Both the position numbers and the translations under genes were made by a program. A DNA stretch of 64,000 bases from IMG/VR virus record IMGVR_UViG_3300042342_001499, one strand, 5' to 3'. Positions 28,825-39,357 of this stretch are shown here, piece after piece. The notes below the pieces were generated by a model that saw only the letters and a program-made list of their open reading frames with translations, made no database searches and was not told where the DNA came from. Every line of letters starts with the position of its first letter. Positions within the stretch are counted from its first letter, which is position 1. The DNA is from an uncultured virus (IMG/VR IMGVR_UViG_3300042342_001499) (Duplodnaviria; Heunggongvirae; Uroviricota; Caudoviricetes).

Positions 28825-29709
28825 ATGAAATTTTTAGACACAGCAAAACATTCAGAAACAACATCTGGTCATAATATTATTACATATTTAGATTTTACCT
28901 CACACCCAGATAATCCGGATTATCCTCATTTAAAATTAACCACGAAAACTAAGCATATTCAATTAGAGACATACCAAGTAAGGTGTAAAATTAACGAGGA
29001 CACAATAGCAGATTTAAAAGTATTTCATGCTGTAGATGGGGATGAAATTGTAAGATCCGTATTAGAATCAGAATCACTAATACAAAGACAGAAGAGGCTA
29101 TTAGATATCTATAATATTTTAGGAGAAGAATCTGCAGAAGAAATTATGAATCCATGGAAAAAAACAATTAAGAAAATATTCCCAAAAATTAGATATAAAT
29201 CATATTTAATGAATGGTGGAATAGATGGTTCAAAATTATTAATTTCAAGTATTATAACTAAATCAAATCTAATCGGTGCTAGAAGCAGAAGAGGACCTGC
29301 AAATTTTATTATATGTAATGGGTCAGTTGGCTCATTAATACAGACACATCCATCTTTTGTTTATTTAGAAAATAATGTATACAACAAGACATCAGATGAA
29401 ATCAGATCTATAGGAAGTATAGGAGAAAATATGGAAGTATTTATTAACCCATTCCAAAGATTCACTGATAACACTATAATAATAGGAAGAAAAACGCAAG
29501 AGAATGAGCCTGGTGTTTATATTATAGAAAATAAAGGAGCTAGAGAGGTTATAGAAACTGCTATGATAGAAGATAATAGAATGATTAAATCGAAATCACT
29601 TCATGAAAGATTGTCTTTTGTACACACAGAAAATTCGGAAAAGAATTTTATAAAATTTGAGGTTTCTTTTACTAAGAAACCTCTATGGGAAAAAATTATA
29701 TCTATATAA
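28825..29709 (+). CDS. Short T4 gp23/gp24-like capsid protein paralog
   Basis: DLKVFHAVD and SNLIGARSRRGPANFIICN resemble the gp23 core. Confidence 0.6.
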   Translation: MKFLDTAKHSETTSGHNIITYLDFTSHPDNPDYPHLKLTTKTKHIQLETYQVRCKINEDTIADLKVFHAVDGDEIVRSVLESESLIQRQKRLLDIYNILGEESAEEIMNPWKKTIKKIFPKIRYKSYLMNGGIDGSKLLISSIITKSNLIGARSRRGPANFIICNGSVGSLIQTHPSFVYLENNVYNKTSDEIRSIGSIGENMEVFINPFQRFTDNTIIIGRKTQENEPGVYIIENKGAREVIETAMIEDNRMIKSKSLHERLSFVHTENSEKNFIKFEVSFTKKPLWEKIISI

Positions 29710-30519
29710 ATGAAGACTGTAGTAGATTGTTTTACTTTTTATAATGAACTAGAGATTCTTGAGCTAAGGTTTATGGAGCTTTACGATGTAGTAGACAAGT
29801 TTATTATAGTTGAGGCAAACAAAACATTTAAGGGAGATTTTAAGCCTTTTATACTCGAAGAAAACAAATGGAGATTTGAAAAGTGGTGGGACAAAGTAGC
29901 ACACATAAAAGTCTATATTCCTGATAATCTTACTGATGCGTGGAGCAGAGAAAAATATCAAAGAAATTCTTCATTACCATTTCTTCATTCAATGTGTCTT
30001 AATGATAATTCAGTAGTTATTATCACAGACCTAGATGAAATTCCTAATCCTGAAATAATATCACACATCAAAAAAGAATACAATCTTAATGGCATTTTTA
30101 AATTAGAAATGGATAACTACTTCGGTTCTCTTTCAAATAAGCAAAAGGATAAATGGTATCACCCTAAGGTTATAAACTGGGGAAATCTTAAATCTAGGAG
30201 TATAGAAGGATGTAGATTAACTTTCGATTGTCAATGGTGGGAAAAGGGCGGATGGCATTTTACTTATTTTGGAGGTCCTTCTAGGATATCAGCAAAGCTA
30301 AATGATTTTTCACATCAAGAATATAATACCGATTATTACAAAGACGAGAATTATATATTTGACAAAATAAAAAATGGCAAAGATCTTTTTGGAGAATGGA
30401 GAGAGTTTGTACATATAGATCCAGAAAAAAATGAATTCCTGCCAAAGAACTGGAGAATACTTTTACCACTAGAAGAAAAATATAAAATAAAAGATGGAAG
30501 TAAAGAAACTGATATTTAA
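29710..30519 (+). CDS. Glycosyltransferase family 17-like
   Basis: DCFTFYNELEILELR, WSREKYQRN, DLDEIP, GGWHFTY. Confidence 0.82.
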   Translation: MKTVVDCFTFYNELEILELRFMELYDVVDKFIIVEANKTFKGDFKPFILEENKWRFEKWWDKVAHIKVYIPDNLTDAWSREKYQRNSSLPFLHSMCLNDNSVVIITDLDEIPNPEIISHIKKEYNLNGIFKLEMDNYFGSLSNKQKDKWYHPKVINWGNLKSRSIEGCRLTFDCQWWEKGGWHFTYFGGPSRISAKLNDFSHQEYNTDYYKDENYIFDKIKNGKDLFGEWREFVHIDPEKNEFLPKNWRILLPLEEKYKIKDGSKETDI

Positions 30520-31048
30520 TAAGATAGAATCGCTTTTAAATAAACCCGCAACAATAAATAAATTCTTCGTATTCACATTAGAGGATTTAAAACACGATCC
30601 AGAAGGATGTATAGAAGTAATAGAAGATTATCTTGAACAACACAAAGACAAAATTGAAGATATTGAATTTGATACGTGGATAGACGAAGAAACATTTTCA
30701 CCGGTAGTAATGATGAGAATGATTCCAAATAAAGAATTAGCAAAATACCTATACAACTCTAATGTCATAAACAATCTTCTGCCATCTTCAGTGGAAGCTC
30801 ATTTACTTAGAGAAAGAGTCACTGGTGTATTAGAAAAATATGAATTTGAGTTTAACGAGACTTCTACTAGAAATAGCATGAAGCAAGAAATAGAATACAT
30901 CTTAGGTGCATCTATTATTGATAAAACTACCGATTCTAATTGTGATTTAGGAGTTACTAATTTTGTCGTTATTGACGATTCTAATGAAATGACCTTATTA
31001 GAGTATTTAGATGCAGTAGCTGCAAAGAAAAGGCACGAAAAAGGGTAG
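30494..31048 (+). CDS. Hypothetical protein
   Basis: ORF track. Confidence 0.55.
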   Translation: MEVKKLIFNKIESLLNKPATINKFFVFTLEDLKHDPEGCIEVIEDYLEQHKDKIEDIEFDTWIDEETFSPVVMMRMIPNKELAKYLYNSNVINNLLPSSVEAHLLRERVTGVLEKYEFEFNETSTRNSMKQEIEYILGASIIDKTTDSNCDLGVTNFVVIDDSNEMTLLEYLDAVAAKKRHEKG

Positions 31049-31163
31049 CTAAATATTATTTTAATCCTTTTAAATTGCTGTCTTATTTATTAGGTATACA
31101 GATAAATTCTAATATTACAATCACGTATTATTATTCCATTGTGTTTCTTCTAATATATAAAAT

Positions 31164-31436
31164 ATGAATAATTATTTACCATTTGAAGAATCCTGGATTT
31201 CAGATAAGATATCTTTAAGATCTTTTAGTCCTGATCTAATAGACGAGGAACTTAAATGGCATATAGATATGGAGGATCGAGTAGTAGAGATACTAAATGA
31301 TAACGATTGGAAGTTCCAATTTGACGATCAGCTCCCAATTAAAATGGAAGGAACTATAGAAATAAAAAAAGGGGAATGGCACCGAATTATAAAAGGTTCC
31401 ACTCCTTTGAATGTTAAAATTACTAGATCAACATAA
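31164..31436 (+). CDS. Small cupin-like protein
   Basis: WHIDMEDR...WHRIIKG. Confidence 0.55.
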   Translation: MNNYLPFEESWISDKISLRSFSPDLIDEELKWHIDMEDRVVEILNDNDWKFQFDDQLPIKMEGTIEIKKGEWHRIIKGSTPLNVKITRST

Positions 31437-31516
31437 TATATACTTTATGAAACTAAATGACATTAATAGATTAAATAGAAAAGGATTTATTGTTTCATTA
31501 AAAAAAATATTATAAA

Positions 31517-32974
31517 ATGTCAACAAGTAGACCGTTTGCATACAATAATGGATCACCAATAGTACCAATACCCGGAACAATTCAACTAGGAAGTCTAGCA
31601 ATTGGTACACCAACTGCTGGATTTGCATCAACTGGACTTGAATGGTGGATGGGTCCAGATGAGAATTTAGGCTATATTATAGCTAGACCCGTACCTGATG
31701 ATTCCCAACCAACACCAGTATCTGGTGTTACTGCTTCAGTTGCTTTTATTAGAACTTCTGATCTAACTGATGTGTCATTTATTGCATTAGTTAATTCTTA
31801 TTTTAATCAGAGCTTTACAACTGTTGGATTGTGTTTAGGTTGGCTAAGTGTTAATGGATATTGGACATCATATGGTGCTGGAATTTTCACTACTACGTGG
31901 GCTACTACAACTCCAAGTGAAAGTATTACATTACCGTATTTAGTTGGAGGCACTTATTCAGGCACTATAGATTGGGGAGATGGTAATACATCTGCTAATA
32001 GCTATGATAACAGAACACATCAATATACAACAGCAGGAACATATACAGTGGTAATAAATGGAACTTGCACTGGCTGGAATTTTGGAGTAGTCGCTGATAG
32101 TAAATTAAAAATTAAATCAGTAGTACAATGGGGACAGTTACGATTCGGAAATAATCAAGGGGTTTATTTTTACGAATGTGCCAACTTAGATTTATCGTCA
32201 GTATCTGATGTGCTTGACTTGACGGGGGTTGTCATTCTTGAGGGTATGTTTTGGGAGTGCTTATCTCTCACTACTATCAATAATATTAATTCTTGGAATA
32301 CATCGGCAATTACTGATATGAGTTTTATGTTTTGGGGTTGCGCAGCATTTAATCAACCATTATCATTTAATACAGCAGCTGTTACTGATATGGAGGCCAT
32401 GTTTTTAGGATGCACATCACTAAATAGTGCATTAACATTCAACACCTCTGCAGTTACTAATATGGATACCATGCTTGGTTCGTGTGAAGTATTTAATCAA
32501 CCATTAACATTTACAAGTACAGCATTAGTAACTACTATGCAGTCTATGTTTATTAATTGTCATGTCTTTAATCAACCTATTGGTTCATGGAACACAGAAG
32601 CTGTTACTGATATGAGTTTTATGTTTGCTTCTTGTTATGTCTTTAATCAACCTATTGGTACATGGGACACAGAAGCTGTTACTGATATGAATCATATGTT
32701 CCATACAGCTACTGCATTCAATCAAAACATAGGAGCTTGGAATGTAGGTAATGTCACAAACTTTGTAGACTTTATGGTTACTAAAACAAATGCTACTTTC
32801 TCTAATGCTAACTTAGATGCTATTTATAATGGATGGATTGCTTCTCCTAAAACAGTACAATCAGGAATAACTATAAGTTTTGGATCAGCAGACTATACAG
32901 CAGCAGGTGCTGTAGGAAAGGGTTACTTGACAGGTATAAAATCATGGACAATACAAGACGGAATCGAGGTATAA
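31517..32974 (+). CDS. Adhesin-like protein: shared N-domain, PKD-like domain and BspA/DUF285 repeats
   Basis: IDWGDG...HQYTTAGTY, then FNQP(I/L)..W.T.AVTDM..MF repeats. Confidence 0.8.
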   Translation: MSTSRPFAYNNGSPIVPIPGTIQLGSLAIGTPTAGFASTGLEWWMGPDENLGYIIARPVPDDSQPTPVSGVTASVAFIRTSDLTDVSFIALVNSYFNQSFTTVGLCLGWLSVNGYWTSYGAGIFTTTWATTTPSESITLPYLVGGTYSGTIDWGDGNTSANSYDNRTHQYTTAGTYTVVINGTCTGWNFGVVADSKLKIKSVVQWGQLRFGNNQGVYFYECANLDLSSVSDVLDLTGVVILEGMFWECLSLTTINNINSWNTSAITDMSFMFWGCAAFNQPLSFNTAAVTDMEAMFLGCTSLNSALTFNTSAVTNMDTMLGSCEVFNQPLTFTSTALVTTMQSMFINCHVFNQPIGSWNTEAVTDMSFMFASCYVFNQPIGTWDTEAVTDMNHMFHTATAFNQNIGAWNVGNVTNFVDFMVTKTNATFSNANLDAIYNGWIASPKTVQSGITISFGSADYTAAGAVGKGYLTGIKSWTIQDGIEV

Positions 32975-33069
32975 GATATTTCATAGTGATCAGATCACTA
33001 AACACCGTTGCTAAAATTAGTCCTATGAAATATGTATTAAAAGATTTATTATATAAATTTTAATAGAAT

Positions 33070-33669
33070 TTAAACCTTAATATCTGTTGATTCAATTAAT
33101 GTATATGTAAATGAATTGCCGTGTAAATCTTTTGATTTTCTACAAATTTTCATAAACGCTTCAAAATCGGCTGATTTTTTAAATACTTGACATCCTTCAG
33201 ACCAGTTTTCAACATAAGTTGAATCTGCTCCAGCTTTGTGTATATTTATACCAAATACTCCTTCTTGAATTTTATTCTCATCATAGTTTAGATCTTTATT
33301 AGCATCTCTATAAACTTTAACGTTTTTAGCTTGTCCTAATGCTTCATATTTACCTTGATGTAATCTAATTGTGTGAGATCCTCTATATTGACCTTCTACT
33401 AGTCTAGCTACACCAGCTGTATTGTGGTATTCCAAAACACCTTTTTTTCCTGGATCTGTTGTAGCTGGCCATTCGTGATATTTCCAAGCTCCAGTTTCAT
33501 CTTTGTATGATATAGTTAATAGATCGTCAAAAGCGTTAGTAACCTTCTGTCCTGTAGAAGAATTTCTAATTCCAATAATATTAACATCAAATCCTTTTTT
33601 GTTAGCGTCTTCAAAATAGACATAACCCTTGGCTTTAACCGCACCTTCAATTTGTTCTCTTGTATACAT
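33070..33669 (-). CDS. YkuD-like (L,D-transpeptidase fold) putative cell-wall enzyme
   Basis: GINIHKAG...WSEGCQV His/Cys pair. Confidence 0.55.
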   Translation of the reverse strand: MYTREQIEGAVKAKGYVYFEDANKKGFDVNIIGIRNSSTGQKVTNAFDDLLTISYKDETGAWKYHEWPATTDPGKKGVLEYHNTAGVARLVEGQYRGSHTIRLHQGKYEALGQAKNVKVYRDANKDLNYDENKIQEGVFGINIHKAGADSTYVENWSEGCQVFKKSADFEAFMKICRKSKDLHGNSFTYTLIESTDIKV

Positions 33670-33708
33670 TGCTTTATTTTATTTATTTTGTAGTTGTTTT
33701 TTTATTAA

Positions 33709-35073
33709 TTAAAACCAATTTTTAGGGTTCCATTTTGATTTTTTAGCATCTTCTGCAGCTTTATTTAAAGCATCTTGTGCTTCTCTAGCTACTCTTTCTG
33801 TTTCTCTTTGAGCAGCTTCAGCAGCTTCTCTAGCTTCATTTGCTAATCTATCTGTTTCTCTTTGAGCAGCTTCAGCAGCTTCTCTAGCTTCATTTGCTAA
33901 TCTATCTGTTTCTCTTTGAGCGGCTTCAGCAGCTTCTTTGGCTTCATTTGCTAATCTTTCTGTTTCTTTTCGAGCAGCTTCAGCTTGTTCTTCAGCAATT
34001 CTTTTTAGATTATCAGCTTCTCTTAGAGCATCTTCTCTAGCTTGATTTTCTAGTCTTGCTGTTTCTTCTGCTAATCTATCAGCTTCTCTTAAAGCATCTT
34101 CTCTAGCTTGTTTTGCTAGCCTTTCTGCTTCTGGTGCTAATCTATCAGCTTCTCTTAAAGCATCTTCTCTAGCTTGGTTTGCTAGTCTTTCTGCTTCCTG
34201 TGCTACCATTTTAGCTTTTTCCTCAGCCTCACCGTCAGCAATTGCATTGCCTAAATCAATAGCAGGATTCAAATCAAGATTAACATTAATATCAGCGTCA
34301 AGTCCAACGAGTAAAGCAGCTTCTCCGCTAATTCCTACGCTTACTTCCCCATCATTAAAAGTTCCATGAGCTTCTCCTTCAGCACCAACTTGAACACCAA
34401 TACTAGCTCCAGCTGAAGCGTTTGCCTCCGCACCTCCAATTGGAGTATTGACACCAACACTTCCGCCAGCTTCAACACCAACACCGGCACCAGCCATAGC
34501 TCCACCTCCAACATCTACACCGTGTTCACCCACACTAGCATGTCCTTCTACGCCAGCGTGTGCTTCTGCATAAGCACCTGCGTGTCCTTCAGCATCTGCT
34601 TCAACTTTAACTTCTCCAAGCGGAGTATCAAGACCAGCTTCAGTATGTGCGTTTGCATCTACAGCTACTTCAACTCTTGCTTCTACTGAAGCACCACCTT
34701 CAACTTTAGCATCAGATCCGTCCCATCCAGCTTCGGCGTGCGCTTCAGCACTTGCCTCAGCAGAAGCACTTGCAGATACACTTACATCAGCCTCAGCACC
34801 TATACTAACACCGCCACCTAAATCTTGATTAGCATGAGCTTCGGCATTTGCCTCGGCGGATACTTCTGCACTTACACCAGCTTCAGCGGATGCAGATGCC
34901 ATAGTTCCGTCTATACCTGCTTCTGCATGAGCGCTAGCTTCTGCACTTGCTGAATATGATGCATCGGCACTTGCACCAGCATTTTCATTTCCTGTCTGTG
35001 TTGAAACGCTATCATTAGTTTCTACTGAAACGTTAGCGTCTGCATTAACGTGTTTGTGTTTTTTGTCTGTCAT
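33709..35073 (-). CDS. Ala/Gly/Glu-rich repetitive protein with a coiled-coil tail
   Basis: Alternating A-x-A strands followed by 18-aa and related repeats. Confidence 0.75.
   Translation of the reverse strand: MTDKKHKHVNADANVSVETNDSVSTQTGNENAGASADASYSASAEASAHAEAGIDGTMASASAEAGVSAEVSAEANAEAHANQDLGGGVSIGAEADVSVSASASAEASAEAHAEAGWDGSDAKVEGGASVEARVEVAVDANAHTEAGLDTPLGEVKVEADAEGHAGAYAEAHAGVEGHASVGEHGVDVGGGAMAGAGVGVEAGGSVGVNTPIGGAEANASAGASIGVQVGAEGEAHGTFNDGEVSVGISGEAALLVGLDADINVNLDLNPAIDLGNAIADGEAEEKAKMVAQEAERLANQAREDALREADRLAPEAERLAKQAREDALREADRLAEETARLENQAREDALREADNLKRIAEEQAEAARKETERLANEAKEAAEAAQRETDRLANEAREAAEAAQRETDRLANEAREAAEAAQRETERVAREAQDALNKAAEDAKKSKWNPKNWF
33775..34200 (-). repeat. Intragenic tandem repeats (54-nt unit EAAEAAQRETDRLANEAR and related units)
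   Basis: Near-identical units visible in the DNA. Confidence 0.85.
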
Positions 35074-35080
35074 TTTATTT

Positions 35081-35686
35081 TTATTTATTTAATGTTTGTT
35101 TAACTGATGCTGTTACTGTTAAACATTTACCTATTGAATTAGATGTGATTGGACCATAATGTAAAAAACCAACTGGTGACGCTGAAGTCGTAGATGGTTT
35201 GTCGAAATTTACGTAACCAACTACTCCACCTGTTGTCATTTCCCATACAAAACCAAAATCACTATTTGGGTTCCATGTTGTTGATGTAGAAACCCTAAAG
35301 GTTCCAACTACTACTCCTGTTCCGGTTGGTATAATAGGAGCTGTTTCGTTAGTGAAGATATTTGTTGCTGAAGAGAAATTTAATTTTCTTTGCCCTGAAA
35401 TATAAGGTAAGTTAGTTGTTACCTTAGGCCAACCTAACCACTTAGGATCAGTATTGTCATTTAATGCTTTCCATGTTATAGTTCCTGTTGTTATCTTTGG
35501 TGAATGAACCCCGCGTATAATTAAAGCATTTAATTTAACTACTGATGTACCAGTGTTTGTCAAACGAATCAGGAAGTCTGCAGTGTTAGTTGTTGAGCCC
35601 AACCACTCCATATCCATTTTGACGGATACTGTTGGGGCAATGTTAGTTAATTCTTGTAATCTTTGCTCTTGTGTGTTTATTTTCAT
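35081..35686 (-). CDS. Hypothetical beta-rich protein
   Basis: Thr-rich ORF; start moved to ATG 35686. Confidence 0.55.
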   Translation of the reverse strand: MKINTQEQRLQELTNIAPTVSVKMDMEWLGSTTNTADFLIRLTNTGTSVVKLNALIIRGVHSPKITTGTITWKALNDNTDPKWLGWPKVTTNLPYISGQRKLNFSSATNIFTNETAPIIPTGTGVVVGTFRVSTSTTWNPNSDFGFVWEMTTGGVVGYVNFDKPSTTSASPVGFLHYGPITSNSIGKCLTVTASVKQTLNK

Positions 35687-35697
35687 ATTTTTTTTAT

Positions 35698-36513
35698 TTA
35701 GTCCTCTGATACTGGCCAAATACCATTGACACATATCATATATTTTAATGTAGTTCCCTCTGGGCTAGGAATATTTGGCAATTCAAATGTATGTACACCA
35801 TCTCCACCATAGGTACATCCTATAAGACAGAATAAAGGCGAATAGTCTTGAACTTTTAAAGCTTTTCCGTTACAAAAAATCCATCCTTGTGGTGCAGTAT
35901 CTCCACCAAATAATCTGATTTCTCCTGAATATCCTTCACCACTATCATCAGGTGAAATTCCATCAACGCACATAAAATATTTTACCGAATTGTTTGATGG
36001 ACCGGAGAGATTTGGAAGACCAAACGTGGTAATTCCATTTCCACCGTATTTAGTTCCTATCAATTTAAATAGAATAGGATAATCTGTTATTTCTAATATT
36101 CTTCCATCACAGAGTCTCCAGCTTTTACCTAAAGTCTTATTATCAGATCCCTCAATAAAAATTCCAGAAAATAATATAATTGATCCGGTTATTCCGTTAA
36201 TTATTGAATTATCGTTATCTGATTCTGCATAAGGCCACATAGAACAATCAGAATTAATACCCATCATATATCTTAAAGCTGGGCTATCATCCCAATCTTC
36301 AGCATTAGAAGAAATATTTGTAATATTTGGTATATAAAAAACTTGGTGATTAGGATCTTTAGTCCCGTATGAATCTCCTATAACTGCATATAAGGCATTA
36401 TTTTGCATTTCATTTAGAGTTTGACCGTTACAAAAAATCCACCCTTTTGGTAGATTTCTTGATGATCCAGCAAATATTGTAATTTCTCCTAGTGCGGATT
36501 CCATCCAATCCAT
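35698..36513 (-). CDS. Protein with three tandem phage tail-collar domains
   Basis: Three G(E/S)I.LF.G...GW..C(N/D)G..L...L...IG..YG repeats. Confidence 0.8.
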   Translation of the reverse strand: MDWMESALGEITIFAGSSRNLPKGWIFCNGQTLNEMQNNALYAVIGDSYGTKDPNHQVFYIPNITNISSNAEDWDDSPALRYMMGINSDCSMWPYAESDNDNSIINGITGSIILFSGIFIEGSDNKTLGKSWRLCDGRILEITDYPILFKLIGTKYGGNGITTFGLPNLSGPSNNSVKYFMCVDGISPDDSGEGYSGEIRLFGGDTAPQGWIFCNGKALKVQDYSPLFCLIGCTYGGDGVHTFELPNIPSPEGTTLKYMICVNGIWPVSED

Positions 36514-36521
36514 TTCAGTTT

Positions 36522-36821
36522 TTATTTATTTTTTAATTCATCTATTGCATCTTGTGCATATTGATCCCTTTGATCTTGAAGATACTTAATTCTATCTAAC
36601 ATGATTTCTTTGTCGCTTGCTACTGTTTGTTGAATATAAGCTTCTTTCTCTTCGTATTGCTTTTGCCAAAATGCTACTCTCTCTTCCATTAATCTGTGTT
36701 GGTAATATATTACACCAAGCATAAGAATGATCACAAATGACTGCTCTTTTAGCTTTGAAAGAAATACATCAGCAAATCCTGATATTGGTGTTTGATCTTT
36801 ATTTTCCTCTTTATTCTCCAT
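36522..36821 (-). CDS. Single-TM coiled-coil protein (holin/spanin-like candidate)
   Basis: One TM followed by a coiled coil. Confidence 0.45.
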   Translation of the reverse strand: MENKEENKDQTPISGFADVFLSKLKEQSFVIILMLGVIYYQHRLMEERVAFWQKQYEEKEAYIQQTVASDKEIMLDRIKYLQDQRDQYAQDAIDELKNK

Positions 36822-36839
36822 TAATTAGTCTATAATTTA

Positions 36840-37097
36840 TTATGATCTACTTGGAAAAATTCCCTGAGTACAAATAACGTAATTCATAGGTGCTACTCCT
36901 ATTGTAGGTACTGGGCCTACAAGATTTGGTAATTTAAAATTGGTAGCTCCGTCTCCTCCATAAGTATTTCCAAGAATAGCGTATAGCGCCTCGTATTGCT
37001 GTATTTCCAATGTTGCTCCATTACAGTAAGCCCATCCTTGTGGTGCAAAATTTCCAGCAAATAGCATAATACTGCCCATTATATTTTCATCGTTCAT
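36840..37097 (-). CDS. Stand-alone tail-collar domain protein
   Basis: GSIMLFAGNFAPQGWAYCNG...YGGDG..NF.LPNL. Confidence 0.85.
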   Translation of the reverse strand: MNDENIMGSIMLFAGNFAPQGWAYCNGATLEIQQYEALYAILGNTYGGDGATNFKLPNLVGPVPTIGVAPMNYVICTQGIFPSRS

Positions 37098-37120
37098 AAT
37101 CTGTTTTTATTTATTTATTT

Positions 37121-38473
37121 TTATTTAAGCGTATCCATATTTCCTTGAATTGACCAAAGAAAATCTAATTGGATATCGTTTTTAAATAGTTTTAAATTTT
37201 TCATATCTATGTATTGATCTGTCGTATATCCGGCTGTACCTTTATATGTTGCTAATGCATGACAAGACATACAATTAGTTTGCATTCCATAAATAAATTC
37301 TGGTTTATATGTGTTAGGATAGTTAAAAACTTTAGGTCCAAAACCTCCTTCTAAATAAGGATTAAATGATATGATAGGTCTTGTGTTTTTGTCGCTGCCA
37401 CCCGTTATTGGTTGATTTGGCCAAACCATTGCATAAGCAACACTGACTGCATAATGAGATGCTGCACCTTTTAATTCTTTAGGTTTTAAGTCTGCTGCAA
37501 ATTTTGAGCTTGGTGATGGAGGATTTTTTGGATCTGGACACCAAAAATATGTTTGCCATGTCCAGTTTTTAATTTCCTTAGTCGCAACGTGCATAGCAAC
37601 CAATAAAACATAATCACCATCTTTATAAGTGGTACTATTAAAATCCTCGTGTAGATTTAAATACTCAGCACCTTCTTCATCAAGTTTGTAGTTAATAAAT
37701 TCGTTTAGGTTGCATGTTGCATTTTCAATCTCTTTTTTAGAGGGATTTGAAGAAGTGACAGGAACTAAAATCTTATTGGGTTTCTGACGGTTGTTAATAT
37801 CAGCATAAACCCAAGTTTTCCAATCTGAAGACCTGAACGCCTTAGCAGGAACTGGTGATACCCAAACAGGAACTCTGATTAAACTATTCTTATCTGGTAT
37901 TCCCGTATAGTATGTAGGTTTAGTTACAATAGATGCATTGGGAAAATCTGGTATAGAACCAATTCCATCGCTTACTGCATAAGATCTTAATTTTGAGCCA
38001 GTCAACAGTTGATTAGATATTGCAAAGTTTGCTGCCCATGGATCATATGACACAGTTTCTAATACTTGAAATGTAGTGTCTATAACTTGTGGGTCTTTTA
38101 ATGCTCCATGGATGAATTGTTTTGGTACATTTAATGCAGTTCTATTAATTTTAGAAGTGTTATTATTTGACGAATTTGCTATTTCCTGTATACCTAACCA
38201 TGTTTCAAACACTAATAAAGTTTGGCCGTTATATTTTTGATCAGTAGGTTCAGTTAAACCTGCCCAAATACCCCATGCATGACTTATAATCTGTGCGGTG
38301 TCTTGTTTAGATAACCACTGATTAATAGTTGTTGAATCCTCTGGAAATTTAAAATTTTGGATTGCTACATCTGGGAATTGAACTGGTGTGATTTTTTTAT
38401 TTTTAATACATGAATATAGTACAATAAATAGTCCTACAAAAATCATTAATAGACCTAATATAATTTTTTTCAT
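37121..38473 (-). CDS. Exported/lipoprotein with a C-terminal CxxCH heme-binding motif
   Basis: Signal peptide with Cys; TNCMSCH. Confidence 0.6.
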   Translation of the reverse strand: MKKIILGLLMIFVGLFIVLYSCIKNKKITPVQFPDVAIQNFKFPEDSTTINQWLSKQDTAQIISHAWGIWAGLTEPTDQKYNGQTLLVFETWLGIQEIANSSNNNTSKINRTALNVPKQFIHGALKDPQVIDTTFQVLETVSYDPWAANFAISNQLLTGSKLRSYAVSDGIGSIPDFPNASIVTKPTYYTGIPDKNSLIRVPVWVSPVPAKAFRSSDWKTWVYADINNRQKPNKILVPVTSSNPSKKEIENATCNLNEFINYKLDEEGAEYLNLHEDFNSTTYKDGDYVLLVAMHVATKEIKNWTWQTYFWCPDPKNPPSPSSKFAADLKPKELKGAASHYAVSVAYAMVWPNQPITGGSDKNTRPIISFNPYLEGGFGPKVFNYPNTYKPEFIYGMQTNCMSCHALATYKGTAGYTTDQYIDMKNLKLFKNDIQLDFLWSIQGNMDTLK

Positions 38474-38494
38474 AATTTTTTTGTAATATTTATA

Positions 38495-39316
38495 TTATTT
38501 AAGTAATGCGTAATACTCTTTAAAGTGTTTAATTCTATCAGATAATCCAATAGTACCTCCATTTACTCTTTTTGTTACTGCAGTAACTGTAGCATCATCT
38601 GCTCCTTTATCACAAATAGACCAAAGGCTATTATTATTAAAGAAAAATGCTGCAGACATTAAAGGGTATTTAGTAGCAACTAAATCTGGATTTCCTACGA
38701 TATCATCCTCTACTAATTTATCAAAAGAAGAATAATTAGATTTACCAGTTAATTGAATATAGCCTCTACCTCTAAATTTGTATCCTTCTTTAGAAGATTC
38801 ATCGCCATTACCCATTCTGCTTCCGTAAACTCTTGAAGCAATTTTCTCTGGCTGTCTTGCATAAGACTCATTAAGATTACCGGGGAAATATTTAGGGAAG
38901 ATTTTTTTAAGACCGTCAGCAGAGTAGTTTAGATTCTCTGAAACTGCTTTAAAGCCTCCAGACTCATGACCACACTGTGCTAAGAAGTGAGCAAGTCTTA
39001 ATGTATTTGTAATATTAAATTTAGCTGCTGTATCTGGGATCTGTGCAAGAACTGAATCGGGAACGTGTCCTTTTAAATTTTCCAACTTAAAAGATGAAGA
39101 AGGAATAGAAATTGGTGCTGCTGCAATTGGTGCTGAACCGAACATTTTAGACCAAGTACCATCGCCGACAATACCATCTGCTGTTAATCCATTAGCTGCT
39201 TGCCATTCTTTAACTTTAGCTTCTGTACCGGGACCGAAAGAACCATCTGAGGCCAGTCCTAATTTTTCTTGGAGTTTTTTTACATCATCTCCTTTTGATC
39301 CATTTTTAAGTAACAT
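38495..39316 (-). CDS. Endolysin: peptidoglycan-binding domain plus GH19
   Basis: DGSFGPGTE/DGIVGDGTW, HFLAQCGHESGGF, GRGYIQLTG, VNGG. Confidence 0.92.
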   Translation of the reverse strand: MLLKNGSKGDDVKKLQEKLGLASDGSFGPGTEAKVKEWQAANGLTADGIVGDGTWSKMFGSAPIAAAPISIPSSSFKLENLKGHVPDSVLAQIPDTAAKFNITNTLRLAHFLAQCGHESGGFKAVSENLNYSADGLKKIFPKYFPGNLNESYARQPEKIASRVYGSRMGNGDESSKEGYKFRGRGYIQLTGKSNYSSFDKLVEDDIVGNPDLVATKYPLMSAAFFFNNNSLWSICDKGADDATVTAVTKRVNGGTIGLSDRIKHFKEYYALLK

Positions 39317-39357
39317 AAGAATATATTTTTCATTATATATTCCCAGTCTAACAAAAA

